In this document: positions 36,138-45,227 of the stretch, piece by piece
Layout of the letters: each line of letters starts with the position of its first letter
How positions within the stretch are numbered: position 1 is the first letter of the stretch
Source of the DNA: Candidatus Caldarchaeum sp.
GTDB lineage: Archaea > Thermoproteota > Nitrososphaeria_A > Caldarchaeales > Caldarchaeaceae
Direction: 5' to 3'
Length of the DNA stretch: 64,000 bases
Assembly: GCA_038890155.1 (NCBI GenBank)
Contig: JAWAFZ010000002.1
Location: 10,774 to 74,773, forward strand
Translations under genes and position numbers: made by a program
The notes under the pieces: generated by a model
The model's database searches: none
The model's input: the letters and a program-made list of their open reading frames with translations, nothing else
Told to the model about the DNA's origin: nothing

Positions 36138-37637
36138 ATGAGAATTCTAACGAAAAGAGGCGACCTTCTCGAGTTAATATGCGTTCCAGCCGAGTTAGTC
36201 TTCGAGATAGGCGACTATCTAAGGATATCTCAGGAAGGACGAACGATGCTCGTCCAAGTGATAGACGTCTCCTATCCGGAGCTGCCTGGAACGGCCGAGG
36301 ACCTCCTCAGGGACATGGTTCTTCAAGAGGTTGAGGGCAGGCGTGTGCTTGATGTTTACGACACGGATTCGGTGTCGATGTTGCTGAAGGAGACGAGGCT
36401 CGTACTGGCTAAGATAAGGGTTGTTGTTGACGAGGGACGTCTTCGCCACAACTCCTCGTGGATTCCTAGCCGTTATTCATCTGTTTTTGAGAAGGCCACA
36501 AACGACTTTCTTCAAAAAATTGTCCACGGCGGATGTGCTGGGCCTTTCTTCACGGTCGGCGATGTAGGGAACGAGCCCTTTTCGCTGTCTCTGCGTGGGC
36601 TAGACGGCTGCTTAACCATCGTCACGGGAAAGAAGGAGAGCGGTAAATCTCACTTGGCTAAAGTTTTGGTGGAATCGCTGGCTTCTCACGGAGCCACCGT
36701 TCTGGTCTTCGACGTCAACGGTGAATACCTCCAACTGGGCAAGACAGTTGAAGGCAAGAAAAGCCACATAGCTGATTCAATCCACGTCCTAGAACCGGGT
36801 AGGAACTTCAGAGCTAGCTTGAACAGCATGGGGCTCAAAACCTTTCTAGACATACTGGAGCATGTATACGCCACGCCTTCAACGAGCCTGAGGGAGCTTG
36901 CGAGAGTATGGAAGAACGCCGAGCGACGTGGCGAAGTTAGCTTGGAAAACCTGCTGACCGCCGTGGAGAAAGAGAACATGAACGAAGCTGTTAGGGAGGC
37001 TCTCTTATCCAGGCTTCAGAGCGTCAAGTCTTCAGGCTTCTTCGACGAGCACCATAACACGGACATCGAAGAGGCTTTATCCAACAAGCCAAACGGAAAC
37101 GTCGCCGTCGTCGACCTGTCGAGGATGCTGCCCAGCACTCGAAGACTAGTTGTCGAGTACCTGCTGAGCCGTCTCTCCGGACTCCTAAGCATGAACAAGC
37201 TCGACCCGGTTTTCCTTCTAGCTGAAGAGGCACATCTCTACCTCCGTGAAACCTACTGGGAAGACATAGTGACCAGAATGAGGCATCTGGGTGTCTTCCC
37301 GGTGATAGTGACGAACCAGCCTGACACGATTCCTGAACTGGTTTACAGACAGGCTGATAACATTTTTCTCTTTAACTTCACGAACGACTCGGACCTTGAG
37401 AAGATTGCGAAGGTTTCGAAGGTGGACGCCGAGACTGTGAGAACCTTGGTTAAGAAGATGCCTCCGAGATACTGCTTGGTCATCGGAAGAGTTGTAAGCG
37501 ACATACCTTTGATGGTTAGGGTGAGGCCGAGCAGCTTGATGACCATGGGGAAGACTAAACTGTTTTTTAGAGACCGTGAGCTGAGGAGGAGAAGGGATGA
37601 GAAACAACAGCCTGAGGAGCGTCTACAAATTCCATAG
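36138..37637 (+). CDS. HerA-like FtsK/HerA-superfamily ATPase, second copy
   Basis: N-terminal barrel-like region (IGDYLRISQEGRTMLVQVIDV), Walker A GKKESGKSHLAKV, Walker B VFLLAEEAHLYL. ATG 36138 lies 7 nt after the nurA2 stop. Very basic C-terminal tail. Confidence 0.8.
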   Translation: MRILTKRGDLLELICVPAELVFEIGDYLRISQEGRTMLVQVIDVSYPELPGTAEDLLRDMVLQEVEGRRVLDVYDTDSVSMLLKETRLVLAKIRVVVDEGRLRHNSSWIPSRYSSVFEKATNDFLQKIVHGGCAGPFFTVGDVGNEPFSLSLRGLDGCLTIVTGKKESGKSHLAKVLVESLASHGATVLVFDVNGEYLQLGKTVEGKKSHIADSIHVLEPGRNFRASLNSMGLKTFLDILEHVYATPSTSLRELARVWKNAERRGEVSLENLLTAVEKENMNEAVREALLSRLQSVKSSGFFDEHHNTDIEEALSNKPNGNVAVVDLSRMLPSTRRLVVEYLLSRLSGLLSMNKLDPVFLLAEEAHLYLRETYWEDIVTRMRHLGVFPVIVTNQPDTIPELVYRQADNIFLFNFTNDSDLEKIAKVSKVDAETVRTLVKKMPPRYCLVIGRVVSDIPLMVRVRPSSLMTMGKTKLFFRDRELRRRRDEKQQPEERLQIP

Positions 37638-38220
37638 GAGGAAGATTCTGAGAACTCTGAGAAGTTTCAGGGAGAACAGGAAAGACCCTTCGCGAGTCTG
37701 GGAGGAGCTGGTCTTCTGTCTCTGCACTCCTCAGACCAGAGCCCGCAACGCCTTAAACGCTGTAGAGAAGATGAGAAGCCTCGGTCTGTTGAATAACCCT
37801 GACAACGTCAGAACAGCTCTGGTGTTAAAGGAGTGCGGCGTACGCTTCCACAAAACGAAAGCAGACAACATACTGCAGGCTTTCAAGCAGTTCGGCGACA
37901 TCCTCGACAAGCTGAAGTGCGAGAAAGATGTTTTCAAGCTCAGGGATTACTTGGTTAACAACGTCAAGGGCCTGGGCATGAAGGAAGCAAGTCATTTTCT
38001 CAGGAACATAGGGTTTGAAGACTGCTCCATAATAGACCGCCACGTGCTCAGCCACCTTGTCTCCGCAGGCGTTGTCCGCAGCACGCCTAGAAGCTTGACG
38101 AGGAAAAGATACCTGATTCTGGAGAGGAAGTTCAAGCTATACGCCGAGAAGTCCGGGTTCAAGCCGAGTGTGCTCGACCTCGTGGTCTGGGCTGCTGCCA
38201 CGGGCGAGGTTATCAAATGA
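37597..38220 (+). CDS. ogg: 8-oxoguanine DNA glycosylase/AP lyase, archaeal Ogg2 family (HhH-GPD)
   Basis: Near-collinear with archaeal Ogg2: ELVFCLCTPQT, and VKGLGMKEASHFLRNIGFEDCSIIDRHV (catalytic Lys and Asp context). Overlaps the herA2 3' end by 41 nt. Confidence 0.85.
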   Translation: MRNNSLRSVYKFHRRKILRTLRSFRENRKDPSRVWEELVFCLCTPQTRARNALNAVEKMRSLGLLNNPDNVRTALVLKECGVRFHKTKADNILQAFKQFGDILDKLKCEKDVFKLRDYLVNNVKGLGMKEASHFLRNIGFEDCSIIDRHVLSHLVSAGVVRSTPRSLTRKRYLILERKFKLYAEKSGFKPSVLDLVVWAAATGEVIK

Positions 38221-39149
38221 GGCCCGTGTTGAGCGAGGATCTTAGGGCGTTCTTGACGGAGTTCGCTCCAGAAAACTTCGAACCAATCGTCGAGATGTAT
38301 TCCAAACCTCTGCCTGAAACCTTCCGTGTCAACACGCTTAAAACCTCCGTCGACGAATGCGTGGACCTATTGGCTGAGGAGGGTGTTAGAGTCAAGCCTG
38401 TCGAATGGCTGGAGAATGGGTTTTACGCGGAGCCTACGGGGGTTTTGACGACGTCCATATGGCACATGCTTGGCTTGGTCTACATGCAGGGCCCTGTTTC
38501 GATGCTGGTCGCTGAGGTTTTGGACGTAATGCCGGGGGACAGGGTTCTAGACCTGTGCGCAGCCCCTGGAAGCAAGTCCACGTACATAGCCCAGAGACTT
38601 CAAGGGAGGGGAGTTGTGGTAGCCAACGACGTCTCGAGCACACGGATCAAGGCTTTAACCTCCAACCTTCAACGCTGCGGCGTGGTAAACTGCGTCGTGA
38701 CACTGTCCGACGGTAGGTGGCTTGGAAGACGCATGGAAAACCACTTCGACAAAGTTCTCGTAGACGCGCCCTGCAGCTCGCTCGGCGTCGGCTCAAGGCA
38801 CTGGAAGGTTCTGAAGACTTGGAGCCCGAGGTACTCGGCCCGGATCAGCCGACTTCAGCTAAGCCTTTTACTCTCAGGGTTCATGGCTTTGAAGCCCGGG
38901 GGAACGCTGGTCTACGCAACATGCACCTACCACCCGTTCGAGAATGAAGCCGTTGTTTCGGAGCTGCTGGAGAGGCGTGAGGACGCTGAGGTATTGAGCC
39001 TCAGCCTGAGAGGCCTCAGCCACAGCAAGGGAGTTGCGAAATGGCGGGATTACGTTTACAGTCAAGAGGTTGAGAAGACTGTAAGGGTTTATCCTCACCA
39101 GTCGGGCGCTGAAGGCTTCTACATAGCTAAGCTCATGAAGAAGAAATGA
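38217..39149 (+). CDS. RNA cytosine-C5 methyltransferase, NOL1/NOP2/Sun family
   Basis: SAM motif DLCAAPGSKS, with catalytic Cys motifs VDAPCSSLG and LVYATCT. ATGA overlap with ogg. Confidence 0.85.
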   Translation: MRPVLSEDLRAFLTEFAPENFEPIVEMYSKPLPETFRVNTLKTSVDECVDLLAEEGVRVKPVEWLENGFYAEPTGVLTTSIWHMLGLVYMQGPVSMLVAEVLDVMPGDRVLDLCAAPGSKSTYIAQRLQGRGVVVANDVSSTRIKALTSNLQRCGVVNCVVTLSDGRWLGRRMENHFDKVLVDAPCSSLGVGSRHWKVLKTWSPRYSARISRLQLSLLLSGFMALKPGGTLVYATCTYHPFENEAVVSELLERREDAEVLSLSLRGLSHSKGVAKWRDYVYSQEVEKTVRVYPHQSGAEGFYIAKLMKKK

Positions 39150-39598
39150 GGAGGCTGAGCATGGACCGCTGGAAGGAATTCGCCGAGTCGGTGAGGAAGC
39201 ATCTAGGAGCCGTGCTGGCGACGGAGGAGCTGGTCCTGCTGGAGGCAGGTGAGGGCAGGGTTAGAGCCACTACAACCGAGGCGCTGGAAACAGCTTCCAT
39301 GATGAAGGGAGTTCAGCTTGTCGGGTTGTACGTAGGCAAGAAGAGGGGGGAGCTTACGACCCTCACGATTGAGGGCTGCATGCTGATAGCTGAAATAGAT
39401 GCGAGGTACGTCGTCGAACTTACTAGGGAGCAGGCGCTCATGTGGATGAAGGGCGGGCCTGTTAAGGTGGATGCGCAGAGCCGAGCCGTTCTCGGAAAGT
39501 ACAAAAGATTCTACCTAGGCACAGCCTTGGTCGACAGGCTCGGAAACGCCTACCCGCAGATACCCCTGTGGCGAAGAATACCGCCCGCAGTCGAGTGA
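39146..39598 (+). CDS. NIP7-like pre-rRNA processing protein (UPF0113, PUA-type C-domain)
   Basis: The N-terminus MRRLSMDRWKEFAESVRKHLG and the core LVGLYVGKKRGE..LTIEGCMLIAE..YVVELTREQALMWMKGGPV align by eye with yeast Nip7. ATGA overlap with the NSUN gene. Confidence 0.6.
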   Translation: MRRLSMDRWKEFAESVRKHLGAVLATEELVLLEAGEGRVRATTTEALETASMMKGVQLVGLYVGKKRGELTTLTIEGCMLIAEIDARYVVELTREQALMWMKGGPVKVDAQSRAVLGKYKRFYLGTALVDRLGNAYPQIPLWRRIPPAVE

Positions 39599-41800
39599 TC
39601 ATCTGACAGAAAGCTTGAGGGGCAAGTACCTGCTGACGTGGTATATGGCGTAGCCTGCCACGTTTTCAACCTCTGAAAACTCGTTGACCTCTGTCTGAAG
39701 CTGTATGGCGGGAGTCATCCAACCCTCAGCTATGTCCATGGCGTGCACTGTGAAAAGGACTTTTTTACTGGAGTTTTTGGCAACGACTGCATGAAGCATT
39801 TTTTTGTAGTTCGCGACGGTGTGATTCCCCGTAAGAGGGTCTTTGATCGACCTAATGAAGGGGTTCGTCACCACAACCAAGTAGTCAACCATCCTGTATA
39901 GATCGTTGCTCGAGTTGACATAGCTGTTTGGGTTTTTGGCGGACATCGGGTCGTATTCCAGAAAGACCTCAAGACCGCGTGCTTGCGAGAGTCTTCTAAG
40001 ATGGCTGAGGTATATGTGGATGCCTTCAACCACTTTGTCGCTGCTCCAGTCTGCCCCCGTAAGGTAGATGCCTTCAAACCCCATCGAAACTGCGGAGGAA
40101 ACAGTTTTCTCGGCGAAGACCTCGGCGAAGTCAACTCTGCATGCGAAATCTATGTCTCCAGACCTGTCGACGCATTCTGGAAAGTCTCCCACCAGTTTCG
40201 ACGAGTTAAACCCATGGTAGCCGTAGTGGACGGAGGTGTATCTTGACTTCAGGTAAACGCCTAGCAGAGGACGGACGCCTGCAGACTTGACAGCATCCAC
40301 CAGCTTCCTGATGTCTTGTTGACTCCACTCGTTGTTGGAGAGCTTGAACCTAAAGCTCTTGGAGTAATCGCCTCCGTAAAGCACGCCGTCGGGACCTATC
40401 GGAAAAACCAGATGGGTTAGCTTGAACCTTTCTACTAAAAACTCAGCGTTGTATTCGTCGACTTTGTCGAACAGAGACTCGAGCCCCTCCGAAACCCCCA
40501 CTCTAAGCCTAGTAGGCGGTAGTGTTATCCCATGCCCGGTAGGTAGAAGCCCGACTACAAGAGATAGTATTATGATCAGGGATATGAAGGTTATCCGCTG
40601 TAAAGTCCAGACGGTTTTGCTCTTTTCCCGTAGCATGTTGACAAAGATGGTGATGAACCTGCTCCCTCCCAGCAGCCCGGAGAATATCAGCATAGCTCCT
40701 CCCAGCGTAAGCGACTCGACCTCCCTAGAAACGACTATCCTTCCGATGTTCCTCAAGTCGAAGATGGCTAGTATGGCTTGTGCTGAAGCGACGAACAGAA
40801 GGCCGGCTAGAATAAGCAAAGCTGTATTTAGGTAGAGTTCCCTCGACCTTCGGTATAGCACGTACAGCAGAAGCAGGGGAAGGACCCATAACACGTACTG
40901 CACGTTTACTTTCGCTGAAGTCGCCAAGAATGCGAGCAGGGTTGCTGTCCATAGGTCGAACAGGCCAGAGCTCCGCCTAAGGCCTTGTTTCATCGAGTAG
41001 TATAGGAGTATTGCAAAGAACCCGTAAGATATTACTGGAATGGCGGGCGGGGGAGACACAACTGATAGGACAGTCCAGTAGCTGAAACTTCCGATGTTTC
41101 CAAAATGGTAGAGGAGCTTGTCTATCAGGGGAAGAGGGTTGTTCAGGAAAGGTGCCGCCGGAAGTATAAACCCTGTTGCCGCTGTTCCGAAAAAGGTCAA
41201 CGTCTTTCGCGTCGGAGTGTTTTGTATGAAACGCATGTACACGATCGACGGTACGACCAACAGTAGGGGGAAGATCTTGACTGCGCCTCCGAGGCCCAGT
41301 AAGAAACCAGCCCCGTGGGTTCTGCCACGCAGCATCATAAGGAGGCTGTAGAGGCTCAACGCAACTGCAACCGAGTCGAACATTCCCCAGACAGAAGATA
41401 TGGCTATGACGAGGGGGTTGAACAGCCAAAGCAGAGCAGCCTTCCCCGCATGCCTGACTAAGCCAAGCTCTCCAGCGATCTTCGATATCAGCACTGCGAC
41501 CACTAAGTCAGCCGCTACTATCGGAGCTTTCAGGATCAAAACCTGCACGTTGAGGCTGCTGAGCACGGGCGAAGCTAGGCTGACTAGGCCAACCCAGTAA
41601 AGCCATACAGGAGGGTACGTGTAAAACCCCCACGGAAAATCCGTCAAACTCTTGACCTCGTACACGTTGATGCCCCTCGAGAAGAGCTCGCCACTCTGAA
41701 CCCAGACGTAAACATCCCACGAATGCCCTGTGAATGGTGCTAAAACCAGCCTAATGGATGCTGCCGCTAAGTAGAGGAGCACCATCTTGGCTGAAGACAT
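39599..41800 (-). CDS. GT-C-fold membrane glycosyltransferase-like protein with a large C-terminal extracytoplasmic domain
   Basis: 733 aa. The N-terminal ~420 aa has 12 or more TM helices and a first-loop acidic motif (GHSWDVYVW, FPWGFYTYPPVW). The C-terminal ~300 aa is soluble with alternating beta/alpha character, possibly glycoside-hydrolase-like. No WWDYG motif, so it is not AglB. Confidence 0.6.
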   Translation of the reverse strand: MSSAKMVLLYLAAASIRLVLAPFTGHSWDVYVWVQSGELFSRGINVYEVKSLTDFPWGFYTYPPVWLYWVGLVSLASPVLSSLNVQVLILKAPIVAADLVVAVLISKIAGELGLVRHAGKAALLWLFNPLVIAISSVWGMFDSVAVALSLYSLLMMLRGRTHGAGFLLGLGGAVKIFPLLLVVPSIVYMRFIQNTPTRKTLTFFGTAATGFILPAAPFLNNPLPLIDKLLYHFGNIGSFSYWTVLSVVSPPPAIPVISYGFFAILLYYSMKQGLRRSSGLFDLWTATLLAFLATSAKVNVQYVLWVLPLLLLYVLYRRSRELYLNTALLILAGLLFVASAQAILAIFDLRNIGRIVVSREVESLTLGGAMLIFSGLLGGSRFITIFVNMLREKSKTVWTLQRITFISLIIILSLVVGLLPTGHGITLPPTRLRVGVSEGLESLFDKVDEYNAEFLVERFKLTHLVFPIGPDGVLYGGDYSKSFRFKLSNNEWSQQDIRKLVDAVKSAGVRPLLGVYLKSRYTSVHYGYHGFNSSKLVGDFPECVDRSGDIDFACRVDFAEVFAEKTVSSAVSMGFEGIYLTGADWSSDKVVEGIHIYLSHLRRLSQARGLEVFLEYDPMSAKNPNSYVNSSNDLYRMVDYLVVVTNPFIRSIKDPLTGNHTVANYKKMLHAVVAKNSSKKVLFTVHAMDIAEGWMTPAIQLQTEVNEFSEVENVAGYAIYHVSRYLPLKLSVR

Positions 41801-41842
41801 ATCTATTTTTACAGCTTCAAATTCTATTTAAGTGATTTCAGC

Positions 41843-42727
41843 ATGGATGTCGGCGGTGAGCTGGGTTTTCTTCTCCGGCAGCGAGAGACGTTCCTAGGCG
41901 TTGAGACGAGGCTCGACGAATCTAGTTATTTTTTCTTCGGCTTCCCTTATGATTTGACGAGCTCGTTCAGGCTTGGTGCACGGCACGGCCCCGAGGCTGT
42001 GAGGAGGTTCAGCGCAAACCTCGAGGTAAACAGCTTGGTCAAGCCTTTCGACGCAACGTCAGCCAAGGTGTTTGACGGTGGGGACATAGCCTACGACAAC
42101 AGGCTATCGACCATGCTGAAACGTGTCTACCGAGTTGTGAAGAAGACGGTGGAGCTCGGGAAGACGCCTGTGATGGTTGGGGGCGAGCATACGGGGACTC
42201 TGCCCGCCACCCTAGCCCTCGGAAACAAGGCGTCGGCCATCGTTGTGCTAGACGCGCACTTCGACCTGAGAGAGGAGTACGGAGGTCTTAGAGTAAACCA
42301 CGCTACTTACCTGCGCAGGCTGTTGGAGAAGAGGCCTGAGATGAAAACTGTTCTGCTGGGGGTTAGGGGATACGACCTAGCTGAGGAGAAGTTCGCTCGG
42401 GATAGGGGCATCGTCTACGTCAAGGCCTCTGAAGTATGCGACGTCTCGAGGACATTTAGGCTTTTGAGAGATTGTTTGAAGGGGCGAGATGTTTACGTTT
42501 CAGTCGACGTTGACGTGCTCGACCCCTCGTATGCACCGGGAGTGGGAAACCCGGAGCCGGGAGGCTTGACAGTAAGCGAGGTGGTGGAGCTGGTTCACTA
42601 TCTCGGAGGCTTTAGGCTGGTTGGGTTCGACTTGATGGAGGTCAACTCGGTTTACGACAACGGCCTAACGGCAGCAGCCGCCACACGGATACTCGTAGAG
42701 CTCCTCGCTTGCAAGGCGGAAAGCTAA
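41843..42727 (+). CDS. speB: Agmatinase/arginase-family ureohydrolase
   Basis: Mn-binding motifs GGEHT, LDAHFDLR and SVDVDVLDPSYAPGVGNPEPGGL. Confidence 0.85.
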   Translation: MDVGGELGFLLRQRETFLGVETRLDESSYFFFGFPYDLTSSFRLGARHGPEAVRRFSANLEVNSLVKPFDATSAKVFDGGDIAYDNRLSTMLKRVYRVVKKTVELGKTPVMVGGEHTGTLPATLALGNKASAIVVLDAHFDLREEYGGLRVNHATYLRRLLEKRPEMKTVLLGVRGYDLAEEKFARDRGIVYVKASEVCDVSRTFRLLRDCLKGRDVYVSVDVDVLDPSYAPGVGNPEPGGLTVSEVVELVHYLGGFRLVGFDLMEVNSVYDNGLTAAAATRILVELLACKAES

Positions 42728-42757
42728 AAAGCCATCACAAGAGGTGTTAGGCTGGAG

Positions 42758-45226
42758 ATGACGAACTATTTTCTGCTGGGAGTCGGCTACGACGGCCAGG
42801 AGAAGAAAGCCTTTCTCAAGCTGTTGGACTTAGAGAGCGGAAGGACCGTGGTCAAGCTGGACACGACGGGTCATAAGCCTTACTGCTTGAGCGACCTTCC
42901 GGCTGAACAGCTCTCCAAAGACCCTCAGTTGAAGGAGGCTGGAGCCGTTGAGTTTGTGGAGGTTGAGAAATACAACAGCCTCTCGGATGGAAGCGTCTTG
43001 ATGACCATGATAAAGGCTTCAGACCCGTTAGCCGTCGGCGGCTCCAAGAAATCTATCAGGGAGAGGCTCAAGTGCTGGGAGGCCGACATCCCGTACCATC
43101 TTAACTACGTCTACGACACTAGGCTCATACCAAGCCTTGTGTATGTGCTGGACAACGGCAGCCTAACCCCTGTCCTAGGCGACGATGAAAAAGTAAACCA
43201 GATACTTGCAAGGTTTTTCCACGACGCTTCGCCTGAAGAGGTTGAGGAAACAAGGAAATGGCTGAAGATCCTCGAGTCCGAGCATCCTGTCATAGACTTT
43301 GTGGCACTTGACATAGAGATCATAGGCGAATCACCGACCCGTGTACCGTCCCCCTCCAACCCCGAGGACAGAGTAGTCGCTGTCTCTCTTTCGGGAACGA
43401 GAAACATGAGTAAAGTTCTCGTCCTCAGGAGGAACGACGTTGACATGAAGTTTGAAGGCGGCGAATATGCTCTCGAGGTTTTCGACGACGAGGCTCAGCT
43501 GCTGCTGAGATGTTTCGAGATACTCGAGGAATACCCCGTCGTAGCCACCTTCAACGGGGACGATTTTGACCTGCCATACTTGAGGAACCGTGCCGAGAAA
43601 CTCGGAATACCACGCAGCAAAATCCCCATCAGCATAGGAAGGGACGGCGCCACCCTCCGGAGGGGAATACATCTAGACCTGTACCGCTTCTTCAACAACA
43701 AATCCGTCCAAGTCTATGCCTTCGACAACAGGTACCGTGAGCATACTCTGGACGGGGTGGCCAAGGCTCTTCTAGGGGTTGGGAAGGTGCAGGTTGAGAA
43801 GCCGTTGGGGGAGCTGAGGATTCAGGAGCTTGCCGAGTACAGCTACAGGGATTCACGTCTGTTGAGAGATTTGGTGGAGTCCGGCGACCGGTTGCTGCTT
43901 AGGCTGATGGCTGTGATCTCACGCATAAGCAGAATGCCTCTGGAAGACGTCTGCAGGCATGGAGTAAGCGGCTGGATAAAGAACCTGCTCTACTGGGAGC
44001 TGAGAGGTTTGAACTGGCTGATTCCCTTGAAAGAGGACCTTGCCTCTAAAGGAGGGACGAGCACCAAGGCAATCATCGAGGGGAAAAAGTACAGGGGAGG
44101 GTTGGTTGTTGAACCGATCCCGGGAGTCCACTTCAGTGTCACCGTTCTTGACTTCGCATCGCTGTATCCCAGCATACTCAAGGAGTACAACCTCAGCTTC
44201 GAGACTATAAACTGCAGCCATCAAGAGTGTAGGAGCAACAGCATACCTGAAACAAGCCACTGGGTTTGTTTGAGGAAAAGAGGCCTACAGAGCAGCATCA
44301 TCGGCGTGATAAGGGACATCCGTGTCAAGTGGTACAAGCCGATGGCCTCCGACAAGACAATCACCTCTGTCCAGAGAGGCTGGTACGAAGTTGTGCAGAG
44401 AGCTTTGAAGGTTTTCCTCAACGCTAGCTACGGGGTTCTGGGCTTTGAGGAGTTTCCGCTCTACTGTCCTCCTCTGGCGGAGAGCACGACTGCGATAGGG
44501 AGGTATGTCTTCCAGTCGGCTGTCGAGAAGGCTAAATCCCTCAACGTCCAGGTTGTTTACGGCGACACGGACTCCATCTTCCTGAAGACGACTGAGCCTG
44601 AGCAGATAAGCCAGCTGATTAAATGGGCTGCCGAGAAGTTCAAACTATCCCTCGAGTTCGACAAGGTCTACAGGTACGTTGTTTTCAGCAGGCGTAAGAA
44701 GAATTATCTAGGCGTGACTGATAGGGGAGTAGTTGACGTCAAAGGGTTGACGGGGAAGAAGAGGAACATACCTGTCTTCATCAAAGAGGCTTTCGACGAC
44801 ATGCTGAGGCAGTTGGCTGAGGTCAAGACCGAGGAAGACCTGGAGAGGGTCAAGCGGAGGATACGTGAGGTCATAGCGACGTGGTACTCGAGGCTCAAGA
44901 ACCGAACGTTCGAGATCGACCAGCTTGCTTTCAGGGTGATGATGTCCAAGACGATCGAACGATACGAGAAGACCACTCCTCAGCACGTCAAGGCAGCTAA
45001 GAAGCTGCAGAGCTTGGGCGTGAAAGTGGGGCCCGGGGACATAATAAGCTACGTCAAGACGAGGGACAAAGAGGGTGTGACGCCTCTCCAGCTAGCGAGG
45101 AAGGAGTCTGTGGACGTCGACAAATACATCGAGTACATGAGGTCTACGTTCGAGCAGGTGCTTGACCCGCTTGAAATTGACTTCGACGGAGTGGTTGGAC
45201 TGACGAGCTTGGAGAGCTTTATGTAA
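42758..45226 (+). CDS. polB: DNA polymerase, family B
   Basis: Exo I (ALDIEI), Exo II (FNGDDFDLPYL), motif A (DFASLYPSI), motif B (KVFLNASYGVLG), motif C (YGDTDS). No intein. Confidence 0.92.
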   Translation: MTNYFLLGVGYDGQEKKAFLKLLDLESGRTVVKLDTTGHKPYCLSDLPAEQLSKDPQLKEAGAVEFVEVEKYNSLSDGSVLMTMIKASDPLAVGGSKKSIRERLKCWEADIPYHLNYVYDTRLIPSLVYVLDNGSLTPVLGDDEKVNQILARFFHDASPEEVEETRKWLKILESEHPVIDFVALDIEIIGESPTRVPSPSNPEDRVVAVSLSGTRNMSKVLVLRRNDVDMKFEGGEYALEVFDDEAQLLLRCFEILEEYPVVATFNGDDFDLPYLRNRAEKLGIPRSKIPISIGRDGATLRRGIHLDLYRFFNNKSVQVYAFDNRYREHTLDGVAKALLGVGKVQVEKPLGELRIQELAEYSYRDSRLLRDLVESGDRLLLRLMAVISRISRMPLEDVCRHGVSGWIKNLLYWELRGLNWLIPLKEDLASKGGTSTKAIIEGKKYRGGLVVEPIPGVHFSVTVLDFASLYPSILKEYNLSFETINCSHQECRSNSIPETSHWVCLRKRGLQSSIIGVIRDIRVKWYKPMASDKTITSVQRGWYEVVQRALKVFLNASYGVLGFEEFPLYCPPLAESTTAIGRYVFQSAVEKAKSLNVQVVYGDTDSIFLKTTEPEQISQLIKWAAEKFKLSLEFDKVYRYVVFSRRKKNYLGVTDRGVVDVKGLTGKKRNIPVFIKEAFDDMLRQLAEVKTEEDLERVKRRIREVIATWYSRLKNRTFEIDQLAFRVMMSKTIERYEKTTPQHVKAAKKLQSLGVKVGPGDIISYVKTRDKEGVTPLQLARKESVDVDKYIEYMRSTFEQVLDPLEIDFDGVVGLTSLESFM

Positions 45227-45227
45227 G

